A DNA stretch of 64,000 bases from NCBI GenBank assembly GCA_965228875.1, contig OZ245843.1, forward strand, positions 4,756,616 through 4,820,615. The letters run 5' to 3'. Under the pieces are notes generated by a model. That model had not been told where the DNA came from. It made no database searches and saw only the letters and a program-made list of their open reading frames with translations. The stretch comes from Thalassobaculaceae bacterium. GTDB lineage: Bacteria; Pseudomonadota; Alphaproteobacteria; Thalassobaculales; Thalassobaculaceae. The position numbers and the translations under genes are program-made. Positions 30,071 through 39,765 of this stretch are shown one piece after another; position 1 is the first letter of the stretch, and each line of letters starts with the position of its first letter.

Positions 30071-30765
30071 GCATGCCTCTCCTCGACCTAGACGCCGCCC
30101 TCCGCCTGACCGAGATCCTCCTGGCGCTGGCCTATGTCCAGAAGAGCGGCGAACTCCTGGCCGGACGCCCGGACGAACGGATCCACGGGACCGCGCATCT
30201 GATCCTCAGCCTGCTGCTGCTGGCCGGGGTCGAGCGCGCGGTCGTCTGCTACGCGCTGTTCGGTGCGGCGCTTGCCCTGCTGTACCGCTATCGGGGGCCG
30301 TATAACGGCGGCAGCGATCTGCTCGGCTACCTGATCCTGTTCTGTCTCTGTCTCGCCCATGCGATGCCCGACCCGGCCTGGCGCGAGTACGTGCTCGCCT
30401 ATCTGGCGCTGCAGCTCGTGCTCTCCTACTTCAAGTCCGGCTGGGCCAAGGCGATCCACCGGGACTGGCGGACCGGCCAGGCGCTGCGGGAGGTCTTCGT
30501 CTTCTCCGCCTATCCGGTGTCGCAGGCCGTTCGCGCGCGGTTCCGGGACTCGCGGCTGGTGGCGCCGATGGCCTGGGCGGTGGTCGGGTTCGAGCTGGCG
30601 TTTCCGCTCGCGCTGCTGCGGTTCGAGTGGCTGGTGGCGGCCCTGGCCGTCGCGGCGGCGTTCCATGTGGCCAACTTCCTGCTGTTCGGCTTCAACCGGT
30701 TCGTCTGGGTCTGGGTAGCCGGATATCCCTCGATCCTGTGGCTGCAGGCGCGGCTGTTCGCATAG
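30067..30765 (+). CDS. HTTM-domain membrane protein
   Basis: RGPYNGGSD, YFKSGWAK...W..G, FELAFP, FH..N. Confidence 0.8.
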   Translation: MSMPLLDLDAALRLTEILLALAYVQKSGELLAGRPDERIHGTAHLILSLLLLAGVERAVVCYALFGAALALLYRYRGPYNGGSDLLGYLILFCLCLAHAMPDPAWREYVLAYLALQLVLSYFKSGWAKAIHRDWRTGQALREVFVFSAYPVSQAVRARFRDSRLVAPMAWAVVGFELAFPLALLRFEWLVAALAVAAAFHVANFLLFGFNRFVWVWVAGYPSILWLQARLFA

Positions 30766-30793
30766 CGCGTTCCGACCGTCCGACGGGCGCGGA

Positions 30794-31663
30794 TCAGGCC
30801 TGGCTTTCCGCCCGAAGTTCCTCGAGAAGTACGGCGGTCGCGGCCTGGACCTCGCCGCGCTCCCGCTCGACGAGGGCGACCCGGCGCATCACCGGCGGTG
30901 AGCCGAACGGCACCGTCCGCACCGTCTCGCGCAGCGCGCCTGTGATCGATCCGGCCGGTGCCACCGCGACCCCGAGACCGCGGGCCACCATCGCCAGGAT
31001 CGCCTCGATCGAGTCCAGTTCCATCGCCTCGGCGACAGCGATCCGACGCTGGCGCAGGGCGGAGTCGATGACCCGGCCCACGCCGGTGCGGCGGTTGAAG
31101 CGCACGAAGGGCAGGGTGCGCAGCAGGTCCCGGTCGGAGCGTCCCCCGACCCCGATCGGCGCGGCGACCACCAGCGGTTCCTCGTGGATGACGTTGAGCA
31201 CGAGGCCACGCTCCAGCCGTGGCGTCTCGGTCACCACGGCGGCGTCCAGCGCCCCCTGGGCCACCCGACGCAGCAGGTCGGCGGACAGGCCGGACTCGAC
31301 GCGGATCCGCAGGTCGGGTGCCCGCACCGCCAGCCGCGCGAGGGCCGCCGGCACCAGCCCCGTCGCCGCCGTTGGGATGATGCCGAGCCGCAGCCGACCG
31401 CGGGCCGACCCGCCGGCGGCGGCCGCCCGAATATCCTCCGACAGGCGGACCAATTCGCGCACCCGTGACAGCAGCCCGTCGGCCGTCTCGTTCAAGACGG
31501 GCGGGCGCCGCGCCCGGTCGAACAGGGCCGTTCCGAGCTCCTCCTCCAGGGTCTTCATCTGCATGGACACGGCCGACTGGGTCACGCCCACGCGCTCGGC
31601 CGCGGCGGCGAAACTGCCGCTGTCGGCGATGGCGAGCAGGGTCTCCAGGTGTCGGATGTTCAT
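30794..31663 (-). CDS. LysR family regulator
   Basis: GSFAAAAERVGVTQSAVSMQMKTLEEELG..LFDR. Confidence 0.95.
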   Translation of the reverse strand: MNIRHLETLLAIADSGSFAAAAERVGVTQSAVSMQMKTLEEELGTALFDRARRPPVLNETADGLLSRVRELVRLSEDIRAAAAGGSARGRLRLGIIPTAATGLVPAALARLAVRAPDLRIRVESGLSADLLRRVAQGALDAAVVTETPRLERGLVLNVIHEEPLVVAAPIGVGGRSDRDLLRTLPFVRFNRRTGVGRVIDSALRQRRIAVAEAMELDSIEAILAMVARGLGVAVAPAGSITGALRETVRTVPFGSPPVMRRVALVERERGEVQAATAVLLEELRAESQA

Positions 31664-31672
31664 GCGATCATA

Positions 31673-31720
31673 TTAAGAGTTATTGATCTAATTCATCAAG
31701 ATTATTCGCTTGTCTGAAGA
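31673..31720. promoter_or_regulatory. LysR operator / divergent promoter region
   Basis: AT-rich TTAA-N7-TGAT (T-N11-A type) between the divergent LysR and acd genes. Confidence 0.5.
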
Positions 31721-31767
31721 AGACCGGGCGGCGAGGATGACTCACGCTTTCGTGAGGGAGGATACCC

Positions 31768-33006
31768 ATGAGCTTTGCCCTGACCGCCGCGCAGGAGGAG
31801 TTGCGCGCCAAGGCCCGCGATCTGGCCGAGTCCGTGATCGCGCCGCGCGCCGCCGAGGTCGACCGCAGCGAGCAGTATCCCTGGGACAACGTGAAGGCGC
31901 TGACCGAAGCCGGCTTCATGGGCATGACCGTGCCGAAGGAACTGGGCGGCAAGGGCCACAGCTTCCTCGACGTGGTGCTGGTCATCGAGGAGATGGCGGC
32001 CCAGTGCGGCGTGACCGGTCGCATCGTGGTCGAGGGAAACATGGGCGCGATCTCCGCCCTGCTCCAGTACGGCACGGAGTGGCAGCGCGGAATCGCCGCC
32101 GAGCATGTGCTGTCTGGCGACAAGCTCGCCATCTGCATCACCGAGCCCGATGCCGGCTCCGCCGCGACGCAGATGACGACCCGCGCCGACAAGCGCGGCG
32201 ACACCTACGTTCTGAACGGCAAGAAGCACTGGATCACCGGCGGCGGCGTCTCCAAGCTGCATCTGATTTTTGCCCGCGTGTTCGACGAGGCGGGACAGGA
32301 ACTCGGCATCGGCGGCTTTCTCGCCTTCCGCGATGAGGATCAGGGGCTCGTCATCGGCACCCGCGAGCCGACCATGGGCCTGCGCGGCATTCCCGAGACC
32401 GAGGTGCTGTTCCAGGATCTGGAACTGTCGGCCGAGCGGCTGGTGATGCCGCCGAGCGGGCTGAAGCGCGGGTTTGCCGACCTGATGAACGCCTACAACG
32501 CCCAGCGCGTGGGCGCGGGGACCGTGGCGCTGGGTCTTGCCGAGGGCGCGTATCGCCGCGCGCTCTCCTTCGCCAAGGAGCGCGAGCAGTTCGGCCGGCC
32601 GATCGCCGAATTCCAGGGCCTGCAGTGGATGCTGTCGGACATGAGCGTGCAGATCGAAGCGGCGCGCGCGCTGATCTGGCGGGCGGCGGCGACCGAGGGC
32701 CGGAACGGCAGCCCGTTCCCGGACAGCCTGGCGGCCGCCCAGTCGAAGATCTTCGCCTCCGAGATGGCAATCAAGGTGACGACCGACGCGCTGCAGGTTT
32801 TCGGTGCGCGCGGCTACTCGCGCAACTATCCGATGGAGCGGATCCAGCGCGACGCGCGGATGTTCACCATCGGCGGCGGCACCGCCCAGATCCTGCGCAC
32901 CGTCGTCGCCTCGCGTCTGCTGGAGCGTAAGCTGCCGCAGACCCGCGACGGCTATGCCGCCCTGGCCGAGGCCGGTAAGCTCGCCCGCTCACAAGCCGCC
33001 GAATAA
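31768..33006 (+). CDS. acdA: 3-sulfinopropanoyl-CoA desulfinase-like acyl-CoA dehydrogenase family protein
   Basis: EQYPWDNV, WITGGGVSKLHLIFARVFD, YNAQRVGAG, RDARMFTIGGGTAQILR, KLPQTRDGY match the Advenella Acd sequence as recalled; canonical ACAD catalytic Glu absent. Confidence 0.8.
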   Translation: MSFALTAAQEELRAKARDLAESVIAPRAAEVDRSEQYPWDNVKALTEAGFMGMTVPKELGGKGHSFLDVVLVIEEMAAQCGVTGRIVVEGNMGAISALLQYGTEWQRGIAAEHVLSGDKLAICITEPDAGSAATQMTTRADKRGDTYVLNGKKHWITGGGVSKLHLIFARVFDEAGQELGIGGFLAFRDEDQGLVIGTREPTMGLRGIPETEVLFQDLELSAERLVMPPSGLKRGFADLMNAYNAQRVGAGTVALGLAEGAYRRALSFAKEREQFGRPIAEFQGLQWMLSDMSVQIEAARALIWRAAATEGRNGSPFPDSLAAAQSKIFASEMAIKVTTDALQVFGARGYSRNYPMERIQRDARMFTIGGGTAQILRTVVASRLLERKLPQTRDGYAALAEAGKLARSQAAE

Positions 33007-33025
33007 GCCCAACAAGCGAGGCCCC

Positions 33026-34651
33026 ATGTCTGAGACGGTGCGCGCCGCCGACCTGCTCGCGCGGCGCCTGTACGAAGCCGGCTGCCGCCATGCCTTCGGC
33101 ATTCCCGGCGGCGAGGTGCTCACCATCGTCGACGCGCTGGAGAAGGCGGGGATCGAATTCCGCCTCGCCAAGCATGAGAACGCCGCCGGCTTCATGGCCG
33201 AGGGCGTGCACCACATGACCGGCGCGCCGGGCATCCTGGTCGCGACCGTGGGGCCGGGGGCGGCGAACGCGGTGAACGTCGCGGCCAATGCCGAGCAGGA
33301 CCGGGTGCCGCTGATCGTCATCACCGGCTGCGTCGACGAGGACGAGGCGGTGACCTACAACCATCAGGTCTTCGACCACCAGCAGGTGTTCCGCCCGATC
33401 ACCAAGGCAAGCTTCCGGGTGAATGCCGGCGCGGTCGATGCGCTTGCCGACAAGGCGGTGGCGATCGCGATGGATCAGCGCCCGGGGCCGGTGCACCTGG
33501 ATCTGCCGATCTCGGTCGCCGCGGCCGAGGTGCCGATCCCGGCGCGGCCGACCCGCCGGGCGCCGGATATGCACGCCGTCCCAGCAGCCGGACCTGATCT
33601 GGACACGGCGCGCCGGTGGCTGGCCGAGGCGGAGAAGCCGGTCATGATCGTCGGCCTCGACGTGCTCACGCAAGGCTGCGCCGACGAGGTGCGCGCCTTC
33701 GCCGAAGCGTTCTCGATCCCGACCGTCGCCACCTACAAGGCTAAGGGCGTGGTCCCGGACGACAGTCCGCTGTCGCTCGGCGGCGCCGGACTGTCTCCGG
33801 TGGCTGACAAGCAGATCCTGCCGCTGCTGAAATCCGCCGACCTGATCCTGCTGGCCGGCTACGACCCGATCGAGATGCGGGTCGGCTGGCGCGACGTCTG
33901 GGACCCCGCGCAGCAGCGGGTGATCGACATCACCGCCGCGCCCAACACGGCCTACATGCACCAGGCGACGCTGGCCTTTTGCGGCCATGTCGGCAGGACA
34001 CTCGCGGTGATCGGCGAGGGGGTGACGGCGAAGGAGACGCGCTGGCCCGGTGGCGAACCTGCCGCGGCCCGTGAAGCCCTGGCGGGCGCCTACGGTCAGA
34101 ACGAGGCCTGGGGGCCGGCGGCTATCGTGACCACCGTGCGCAAGGCGCTGCCGCGTGACGGGGTCATCACCATCGACAGCGGCGCCCACCGCATCCTGGC
34201 CAGCCAGGTCTGGGAGAGTTTCGTGCCCCATGCGGTGCTGCAGTCGACCGGGCTCTGCACCATGGGCTGCGCCCTGCCGTTGGCGATCGGCGCGAAGATG
34301 GCGGCGCCGGAGCGCGGCGTGGTCGCCTTCACCGGCGATGCCGGGCTGGAAATGATCCTCGGCGAGTTGGTCACCCTGCGCGACGCCAGGGTGCCGGTGG
34401 TGGTCGTCGTGTTCGTCGACGCCTCGCTGGCGCTGATCGAGCTGAAGCAACGCTCGATGACCTATGCCAATGCCGGGGTGGATTTCGCGGAGACGGATTT
34501 CGCGGCCATCGCCGCGGCACTCGGCGGCCGTGGCGTCGTCTGCGAGGACCGGGAGAGCCTGGAGGCGGCGGTGACGGAGGGGTTGAGCGCCGACACCTTC
34601 ACCGTCTGCGCCTGCCGCATCGACCGCAAGAGCTACGACGGGCGGATATAG
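33026..34651 (+). CDS. Thiamine-diphosphate-dependent enzyme (ALS/decarboxylase family)
   Basis: FGIPGGE, KHE, GPG, RPGPVHLDLP, TMGCALP, GDAG. Confidence 0.9.
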   Translation: MSETVRAADLLARRLYEAGCRHAFGIPGGEVLTIVDALEKAGIEFRLAKHENAAGFMAEGVHHMTGAPGILVATVGPGAANAVNVAANAEQDRVPLIVITGCVDEDEAVTYNHQVFDHQQVFRPITKASFRVNAGAVDALADKAVAIAMDQRPGPVHLDLPISVAAAEVPIPARPTRRAPDMHAVPAAGPDLDTARRWLAEAEKPVMIVGLDVLTQGCADEVRAFAEAFSIPTVATYKAKGVVPDDSPLSLGGAGLSPVADKQILPLLKSADLILLAGYDPIEMRVGWRDVWDPAQQRVIDITAAPNTAYMHQATLAFCGHVGRTLAVIGEGVTAKETRWPGGEPAAAREALAGAYGQNEAWGPAAIVTTVRKALPRDGVITIDSGAHRILASQVWESFVPHAVLQSTGLCTMGCALPLAIGAKMAAPERGVVAFTGDAGLEMILGELVTLRDARVPVVVVVFVDASLALIELKQRSMTYANAGVDFAETDFAAIAAALGGRGVVCEDRESLEAAVTEGLSADTFTVCACRIDRKSYDGRI

Positions 34652-34809
34652 AGCGCGGTCGGTTTCATTCCGGAGAGCGTTCTTGGACCATCCCCTGGAT
34701 CCCGGTTCTGCCCAACGAGCCGTCTGGGACCTCGCTTAGAAACGGTGGCAGCTCAATCGACTTCCCGGACTCCCGATGGGATATCCGGGGTCCGGAGAAG
34801 GTGCCCGTC

Positions 34810-35535
34810 ATGGCTGACCCCGCCTGGACCGAAGACACCAGTGCCGCCTTCCGCGACCTCGCCCATTACGCGGTGCCGGAACGCGAGCTTCAGACCGCGA
34901 CCATCCTCTCCCTGATCCCGGATCCGGAAGCGGGGGCGCTGACGATGGACATCTGCTGCGGCGCCGGCGGGCTGAGCGTGGCGATGCTGGAGCGGTTCCC
35001 GGGGCTTCGGGTGCTGGCGCTGGATGGCTCGGAAAGCATGCTGGAGACCACCCGCGCCGCCGCCGGCGGGAATGCGGGCCGGTTGGACACAGCGCTCATC
35101 GATATCGCCGAGACCTCCTGGCGGACCCCGTCGGAGCCCCTGCACGCGGTTGTCTCGTCGCTTGCCATCCACCACCTGGACGGCGCCGGGAAGCGGGCAC
35201 TGTTCGCCGACATCCACGCCGCGCTGAAACGGGGCGGGGTGTTCGTCATGGCCGACCTGGTCGAGCCGGTTACGGCGGCCGGCCGCAGGGTCGCGGGCGA
35301 CGCCTGGGACGCGGAAACCCGACGCCGGGCGCTCGACACCGACGGCGACCTCACCGGCTACGACCGCTTCGTCGCCGAGGACTGGAACTACTACCGTCTG
35401 CCGGGGCCCGATCCGCTGGACAAGCCGTCGCGCGTGACGGAACTCCTGGACTGGCTGCGTGCCGCCGGTTTCGAGGACGTCGACCTGCACTGGATGAAGG
35501 CCGGCCACGTCATCATTAGCGGGGCGAAGCGGTAG
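34810..35535 (+). CDS. Class I SAM-dependent methyltransferase
   Basis: DICCGAG, LDGSESML, SSLAIHHL. Confidence 0.85.
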   Translation: MADPAWTEDTSAAFRDLAHYAVPERELQTATILSLIPDPEAGALTMDICCGAGGLSVAMLERFPGLRVLALDGSESMLETTRAAAGGNAGRLDTALIDIAETSWRTPSEPLHAVVSSLAIHHLDGAGKRALFADIHAALKRGGVFVMADLVEPVTAAGRRVAGDAWDAETRRRALDTDGDLTGYDRFVAEDWNYYRLPGPDPLDKPSRVTELLDWLRAAGFEDVDLHWMKAGHVIISGAKR

Positions 35536-35537
35536 GC

Positions 35538-35990
35538 CTACGCCACCGGCCGCTTGGCGATCAGGTGCAGCATCTCGCAGGTCATTACCACCTCGCCGTC
35601 CTGGTTGGTGGTCGTGTAGGCGAGGCGGACATGGCCGAACGGTCGCGAGGAGGAGGGGCGAAGCTCCTTGACCTCCGCCGTCGCCGAGAGGGTGTCGCCC
35701 GGGCGTACCGGACGCGGCCAGCGCAGGTTGTCCATGCCGGTGCCGCCGACATTGGTCTCCTGATGCGGCCCGGCCTGCCAGATCAGACGGAAGGTCAGCG
35801 CCAGGGTGTGGAAGCCGCTGGCGATCAGGCCGCCGAACATGGTCTCCTCGGCGTCTGGCTTGGAGATGTGGAACGGCTGCGGGTCCCACTTGAAGGCGAA
35901 GTCGACGATCTGACTCTCGGTCACCGTCACCCGCTGGCCGGTCAGCACATCGCCGATCTCGAAGTCCTCGAAGTATTTTCTGTCGCGCAC
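35538..35990 (-). CDS. MaoC family dehydratase
   Basis: YFEDFEIG, DPQPFH, GLIASGFHT, PVRPGDTL. Confidence 0.9.
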   Translation of the reverse strand: MRDRKYFEDFEIGDVLTGQRVTVTESQIVDFAFKWDPQPFHISKPDAEETMFGGLIASGFHTLALTFRLIWQAGPHQETNVGGTGMDNLRWPRPVRPGDTLSATAEVKELRPSSSRPFGHVRLAYTTTNQDGEVVMTCEMLHLIAKRPVA

Positions 35991-35994
35991 GGGC

Positions 35995-37128
35995 CTACTC
36001 CGTCAGGGCGTCCAGGCTCTTGAGCCCGTTGCCGGTCATCACGATCACCGTGTCCTCGTCGGCCGAGATCGTGCCGTCGGCGACCAACTGCGCGTAGCCG
36101 GTGGCGGCGAGCGCGCAGGATGGCTCCACCAGCACGCCCTTGAGTGCCAACATCCGCACCGCTGGCAGGATGTTCTCCTCGGCGACCGCGACGGCGCCAC
36201 CGCCGGTGTCCTTCAGCGCCGCCACGCACTCAGCGGTCCGCACCAGCTTGGCGGCGGCCACGCCCTCGGCGATGGTCGGCTGCGGCGTGAAGGCGACGGG
36301 TTCGTCAGAGCCCGCCTCGAAGGCGCGGACCAGGGCGCCGACATTGGCCGGCTGGGCGGCGAACAGGCGCGGCACCCGGTCGATCTCGCCGCGCCGCCTC
36401 AACTCGTCGAAGCCGATGCGGCAGCCGAGCAGGTTGGACCCGTATCCGACCGGGATGACGACGTTGCCCGGCGCGCGGAAGCCCGATTGCTCCCAGATCT
36501 CGTAGGCCAGGGTCTTGGTGCCTTCGATGAAGAACGGCTGCCAGTTGTGCGAGGCGTAGAACACCCCGTCCTCGGCCATCGCCAGCGCCTTGGCGGCGAC
36601 GTCCTGTCGGCTGCCCTCCACCAGATCGACATGGGCACCGTAGGCCCGCATCTGCGCCACCTTGGTCGGCGAGGTGGCGGCGGGGACCAGGACGGTGCAC
36701 GTGAGTCCAGCCGCCCCGGCATAGCACGCCAGCGACGCGGCGGCGTTGCCGGAGCTGTCGAGCATCACCTCGGTGATCCCGTGCGCCTTCAGGTAGGCGA
36801 TCAGCACCGCCATGCCGCGGTCCTTGAACGAGCCGGAGGGCATCAGCGACTCGAGCTTGAGGCGGACGGGCCCGGCGGCGAGAGCGACCGGGATCAGCGG
36901 CGTGCACCCCTCGCCGAGGTCGACGCGGGCGGACCTGTCCACCCGGATCGCCTCGGCGTAGCGCCAGAGCGAGCGCTCGGCGGTGTCGATATCCCCGCGC
37001 GACAGCCCGTCGCCCTCGGTCAGGTTGACCGGCGCCCCGGTCTCGGGGCACCGCCAGATCGGGGTGTCGACCGGATAGCGACGTCCGTCGTCGCGCGTGA
37101 CGTATTCGGTGACCTCGGCGGCGCTCAC
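35995..37128 (-). CDS. Threonine synthase-like fold-II PLP enzyme
   Basis: LGEGCTPL, PSGSFKDRG, DSSGNA, EGTKTLAYE, TGNGLK. Confidence 0.88.
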   Translation of the reverse strand: MSAAEVTEYVTRDDGRRYPVDTPIWRCPETGAPVNLTEGDGLSRGDIDTAERSLWRYAEAIRVDRSARVDLGEGCTPLIPVALAAGPVRLKLESLMPSGSFKDRGMAVLIAYLKAHGITEVMLDSSGNAAASLACYAGAAGLTCTVLVPAATSPTKVAQMRAYGAHVDLVEGSRQDVAAKALAMAEDGVFYASHNWQPFFIEGTKTLAYEIWEQSGFRAPGNVVIPVGYGSNLLGCRIGFDELRRRGEIDRVPRLFAAQPANVGALVRAFEAGSDEPVAFTPQPTIAEGVAAAKLVRTAECVAALKDTGGGAVAVAEENILPAVRMLALKGVLVEPSCALAATGYAQLVADGTISADEDTVIVMTGNGLKSLDALTE

Positions 37129-37148
37129 TTCAGGGCGCTCACTTCAGG
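37121..37148. repeat. Perfect 14-bp tandem duplication at a gene junction
   Basis: GCGCTCACTTCAGG twice. Confidence 0.9.
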
Positions 37149-38203
37149 ACGTCGGCGATCGCGGTGCCGAGATCGGTCGTCGCCGCCTGGCCGCCGAGGT
37201 CCGGGGTTTTCGGCCCGCCCTCGGACAGCACGGTCTCGATCGCGCGCACGATGTCGTCGGCCGCCGACTGATGGCCGAGATGCTCGAGCATCATCGCCCC
37301 GGACCAGATCTGCCCGATCGGATTGGCGATGCCCTTGCCGGCGATGTCCGGGGCCGAACCGTGCACCGGCTCGAACATGCTGGGATAGTCGCCCTCGGGG
37401 TTGATGTTGGCCGACGGCGCGATGCCGATGGAGCCGGCCACGGCGGGGCCGAGGTCCGAAAGGATGTCGCCGAACAGGTTGGAGCCGACCACCACGTCGA
37501 ACCAGTCCGGATGCAGCACGAAATGCGCCGTCAGAATGTCGATATGGTACTTGTCGGTGTCGAGGTCCGGGTATTCGGCGGCGATCGCCTCGAAGCGCTC
37601 GTCCCAGTACGGCATGGTATGGATGATGCCGTTCGACTTGGTCGCCGAGGTGACCTTCTTCTTGCCGACACGCTGGCACAGGTCGAAGGCGTAGCGCATG
37701 ACCCGGTCGCAGCCCATGCGGGTCATGACCGTCTCCTGCATCGCCATCTCGTTCGGCGTGCCCTGGAACAGCCGGCCGCCGATCTCCGAGTACTCGCCCT
37801 CGTTGTTCTCGCGGACCACCCAGAAGTCGATGTCCTCGGGGCCGCGGTCGGCCAGCGGGCACTTCATGCCCTTCATCATCCGCACCGGCCGAAGGTTGAT
37901 GTACTGGTTCATCGACCGGCGGATCGGGATCAGCAGCGACCACAGCGAGATGTGGTCCGGCACCCCCGGAAAGCCTACGGCGCCGAGGAAGATCGAGTCG
38001 TGGGTCTTGAGTTGCTCCAGCCCGTCGTCCGGCATGAACTTGCCGGTCTTGTGGAACCGCTCGCAGCTCCAGTCGAACTCGGTGAACTCGTACTCCAGGC
38101 CATGTTTGGCGCCGACCGCCTCCAGCACCTTGATGCCTTCCGGCACGACCTCCCAGCCGATGCCGTCGCCCGGAATCACCGCGATCTTCATCTTGTCGGC
38201 CAT
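37139..38203 (-). CDS. Tartrate/D-malate dehydrogenase (decarboxylating)
   Basis: [45 protein letters not shown]. Confidence 0.92.
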   Translation of the reverse strand: MADKMKIAVIPGDGIGWEVVPEGIKVLEAVGAKHGLEYEFTEFDWSCERFHKTGKFMPDDGLEQLKTHDSIFLGAVGFPGVPDHISLWSLLIPIRRSMNQYINLRPVRMMKGMKCPLADRGPEDIDFWVVRENNEGEYSEIGGRLFQGTPNEMAMQETVMTRMGCDRVMRYAFDLCQRVGKKKVTSATKSNGIIHTMPYWDERFEAIAAEYPDLDTDKYHIDILTAHFVLHPDWFDVVVGSNLFGDILSDLGPAVAGSIGIAPSANINPEGDYPSMFEPVHGSAPDIAGKGIANPIGQIWSGAMMLEHLGHQSAADDIVRAIETVLSEGGPKTPDLGGQAATTDLGTAIADVLK

Positions 38204-38288
38204 GCGACCGTCCTCCCGCCTCTCGTGAGCCTGTCTTGCTTTGAGAGCGGTTATAGAGGGCGGTGCGGGGCGGAGGAAGGGCCGGCGG

Positions 38289-39188
38289 TCACACCGCGAT
38301 GTTGTCGATCAGTCGCGTGTGGCCGAGATGGGCGGCGGCGAACAGCCGGGCCGGACGGTCGAACGGGCCGCTTCCGGTGACCGGAGCCAGGGTTTCGGCG
38401 TCGCGCACCTCGATATAGTCGACCGGCGAGAATCCGGTGGCGAGCAGCGCGGCGGCGGCATCGCTGCAGGCGGAGACGGCGTCGGCTTCGCCCAGGGCGA
38501 TGCGGCGGGCGGCGGCCTGCATCGCGATGTGCAGGCGCGGGGCGACGGCGCGCTCGTCGGCGCTCAGGTAGGTGTTGCGCGACGACAGGGCGAGACCGTC
38601 GGGTTCGCGCACGGTGGGGCGGCCGATCACCTCGATGGGAATGTCGAGGTCGGCGGCCATGCGGCGCACCACCAGGAGCTGCTGGTAGTCCTTCTCGCCG
38701 AAGAACGCCCGGTCGGCGCCGGCCTGCAGGAACAGCTTCGCGACCACGGTGGCCACGCCGTCGAAGAAGCCGGGGCGGGCAACGCCGTCGAGACAGTCCG
38801 TGAGGCCGCCGACCGAGACGGTCGTGGCGTGGCCTTCGGGGTACATCTCCGACGGCAGTGGGGCGAACACCGCATCGGCGCCGACGGTCTGCAGAGCGGC
38901 GAGATCGGCGTCCCAGGTGCGGGGGTAGGTGTCCAGATCCTCGCCGGGCGCGAACTGCTTCGGGTTGACGAAGATCGACACCACCGTGCGGTCGCACGCG
39001 GCCAGCGAGGCCTCGACCAGGCTGAGGTGACCGGCGTGCAGGGCGCCCATGGTCGGCACCAGGCCGACGGAACAGCCGTCACGGCGCCATCGGGCAACCT
39101 GGGAGCGGAGATCGGATACGGTGCGGGCGACGACCGGCGCACCGGAAGCGCGGCCCGTGGCGGCCGCGGCGAGGGGGGACTGGGTCAT
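38289..39188 (-). CDS. panC: Pantoate--beta-alanine ligase
   Basis: VPTMGALHAGH, SIFVNPKQF, FFGEKDYQQ, GLALSSRN, RLIDN. Confidence 0.97.
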   Translation of the reverse strand: MTQSPLAAAATGRASGAPVVARTVSDLRSQVARWRRDGCSVGLVPTMGALHAGHLSLVEASLAACDRTVVSIFVNPKQFAPGEDLDTYPRTWDADLAALQTVGADAVFAPLPSEMYPEGHATTVSVGGLTDCLDGVARPGFFDGVATVVAKLFLQAGADRAFFGEKDYQQLLVVRRMAADLDIPIEVIGRPTVREPDGLALSSRNTYLSADERAVAPRLHIAMQAAARRIALGEADAVSACSDAAAALLATGFSPVDYIEVRDAETLAPVTGSGPFDRPARLFAAAHLGHTRLIDNIAV

Positions 39189-39322
39189 GCGGGCGATCTA
39201 GCAAACCGCACGCCCGGTTGCCACCACCTGTTTTGTGCACCGCCCCCTGTTTTTGTGCACCGCCCCGGGAGACCGGCGTCGGGCCGGCGCCGGGACGGAT
39301 GCGCAAGGGGACGGTCGGCGCG

Positions 39323-39616
39323 TCAGTGCTGCGAGCCGGCTGTCGACGGCCTGAGGTAGGCGCCGACGCTGCGGAGCGCGTTGCCGGGGAGGCGGAACAG
39401 AGCGACGAAGCAGCGCTTCACTTCCTGGGCGCGGATTCTCTCGCCGCGGCGCATGTGCAGCCGGATAACGGTGTCGTCGATCATGGGAACCTGCCTGTCG
39501 AGCGGTGCGGAGGATGGGGTGGTCAAATCGGTGAGGATATCAGCGGCGGGGGTGGCGCTGTCGCTGCCGGACAGCCAGTCGTTCTCGTGCGCGGTATAGG
39601 GATGCATCGGGATCAC
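39323..39616 (-). CDS. Small hypothetical protein
   Basis: ORF in the intergenic gap with a distinct regulatory-looking upstream region; start uncertain. Confidence 0.45.
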   Translation of the reverse strand: MIPMHPYTAHENDWLSGSDSATPAADILTDLTTPSSAPLDRQVPMIDDTVIRLHMRRGERIRAQEVKRCFVALFRLPGNALRSVGAYLRPSTAGSQH

Positions 39617-39730
39617 CTTGTGTGATGTGAGCGGACGTTCCCCTCCCCGGAAAAGCTTCTTATTGCTCCCCTGACCGCCGTTTCTCGACGGTTCGCGCCT
39701 TCAAGTCCTGGACCGAATCTAGGCAGTTTG

Positions 39731-39765
39731 TTGCGATGCACAAGAGAGATTTGTGCAACGCACAA
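39731..39765. promoter_or_regulatory. PhaR/AniA-like operator (two TGC-N3-GCA)
   Basis: TTGCGATGCACAA-gagagat-TTGTGCAACGCAC inverted repeat. Confidence 0.5.

Noticed and set aside
34652..34800. sRNA or tRNA fragment in the spacer
   Set aside because: One GC-rich hairpin (CCGGACTCC...GGGGTCCGG) but no cloverleaf, T-arm or recognisable family motif
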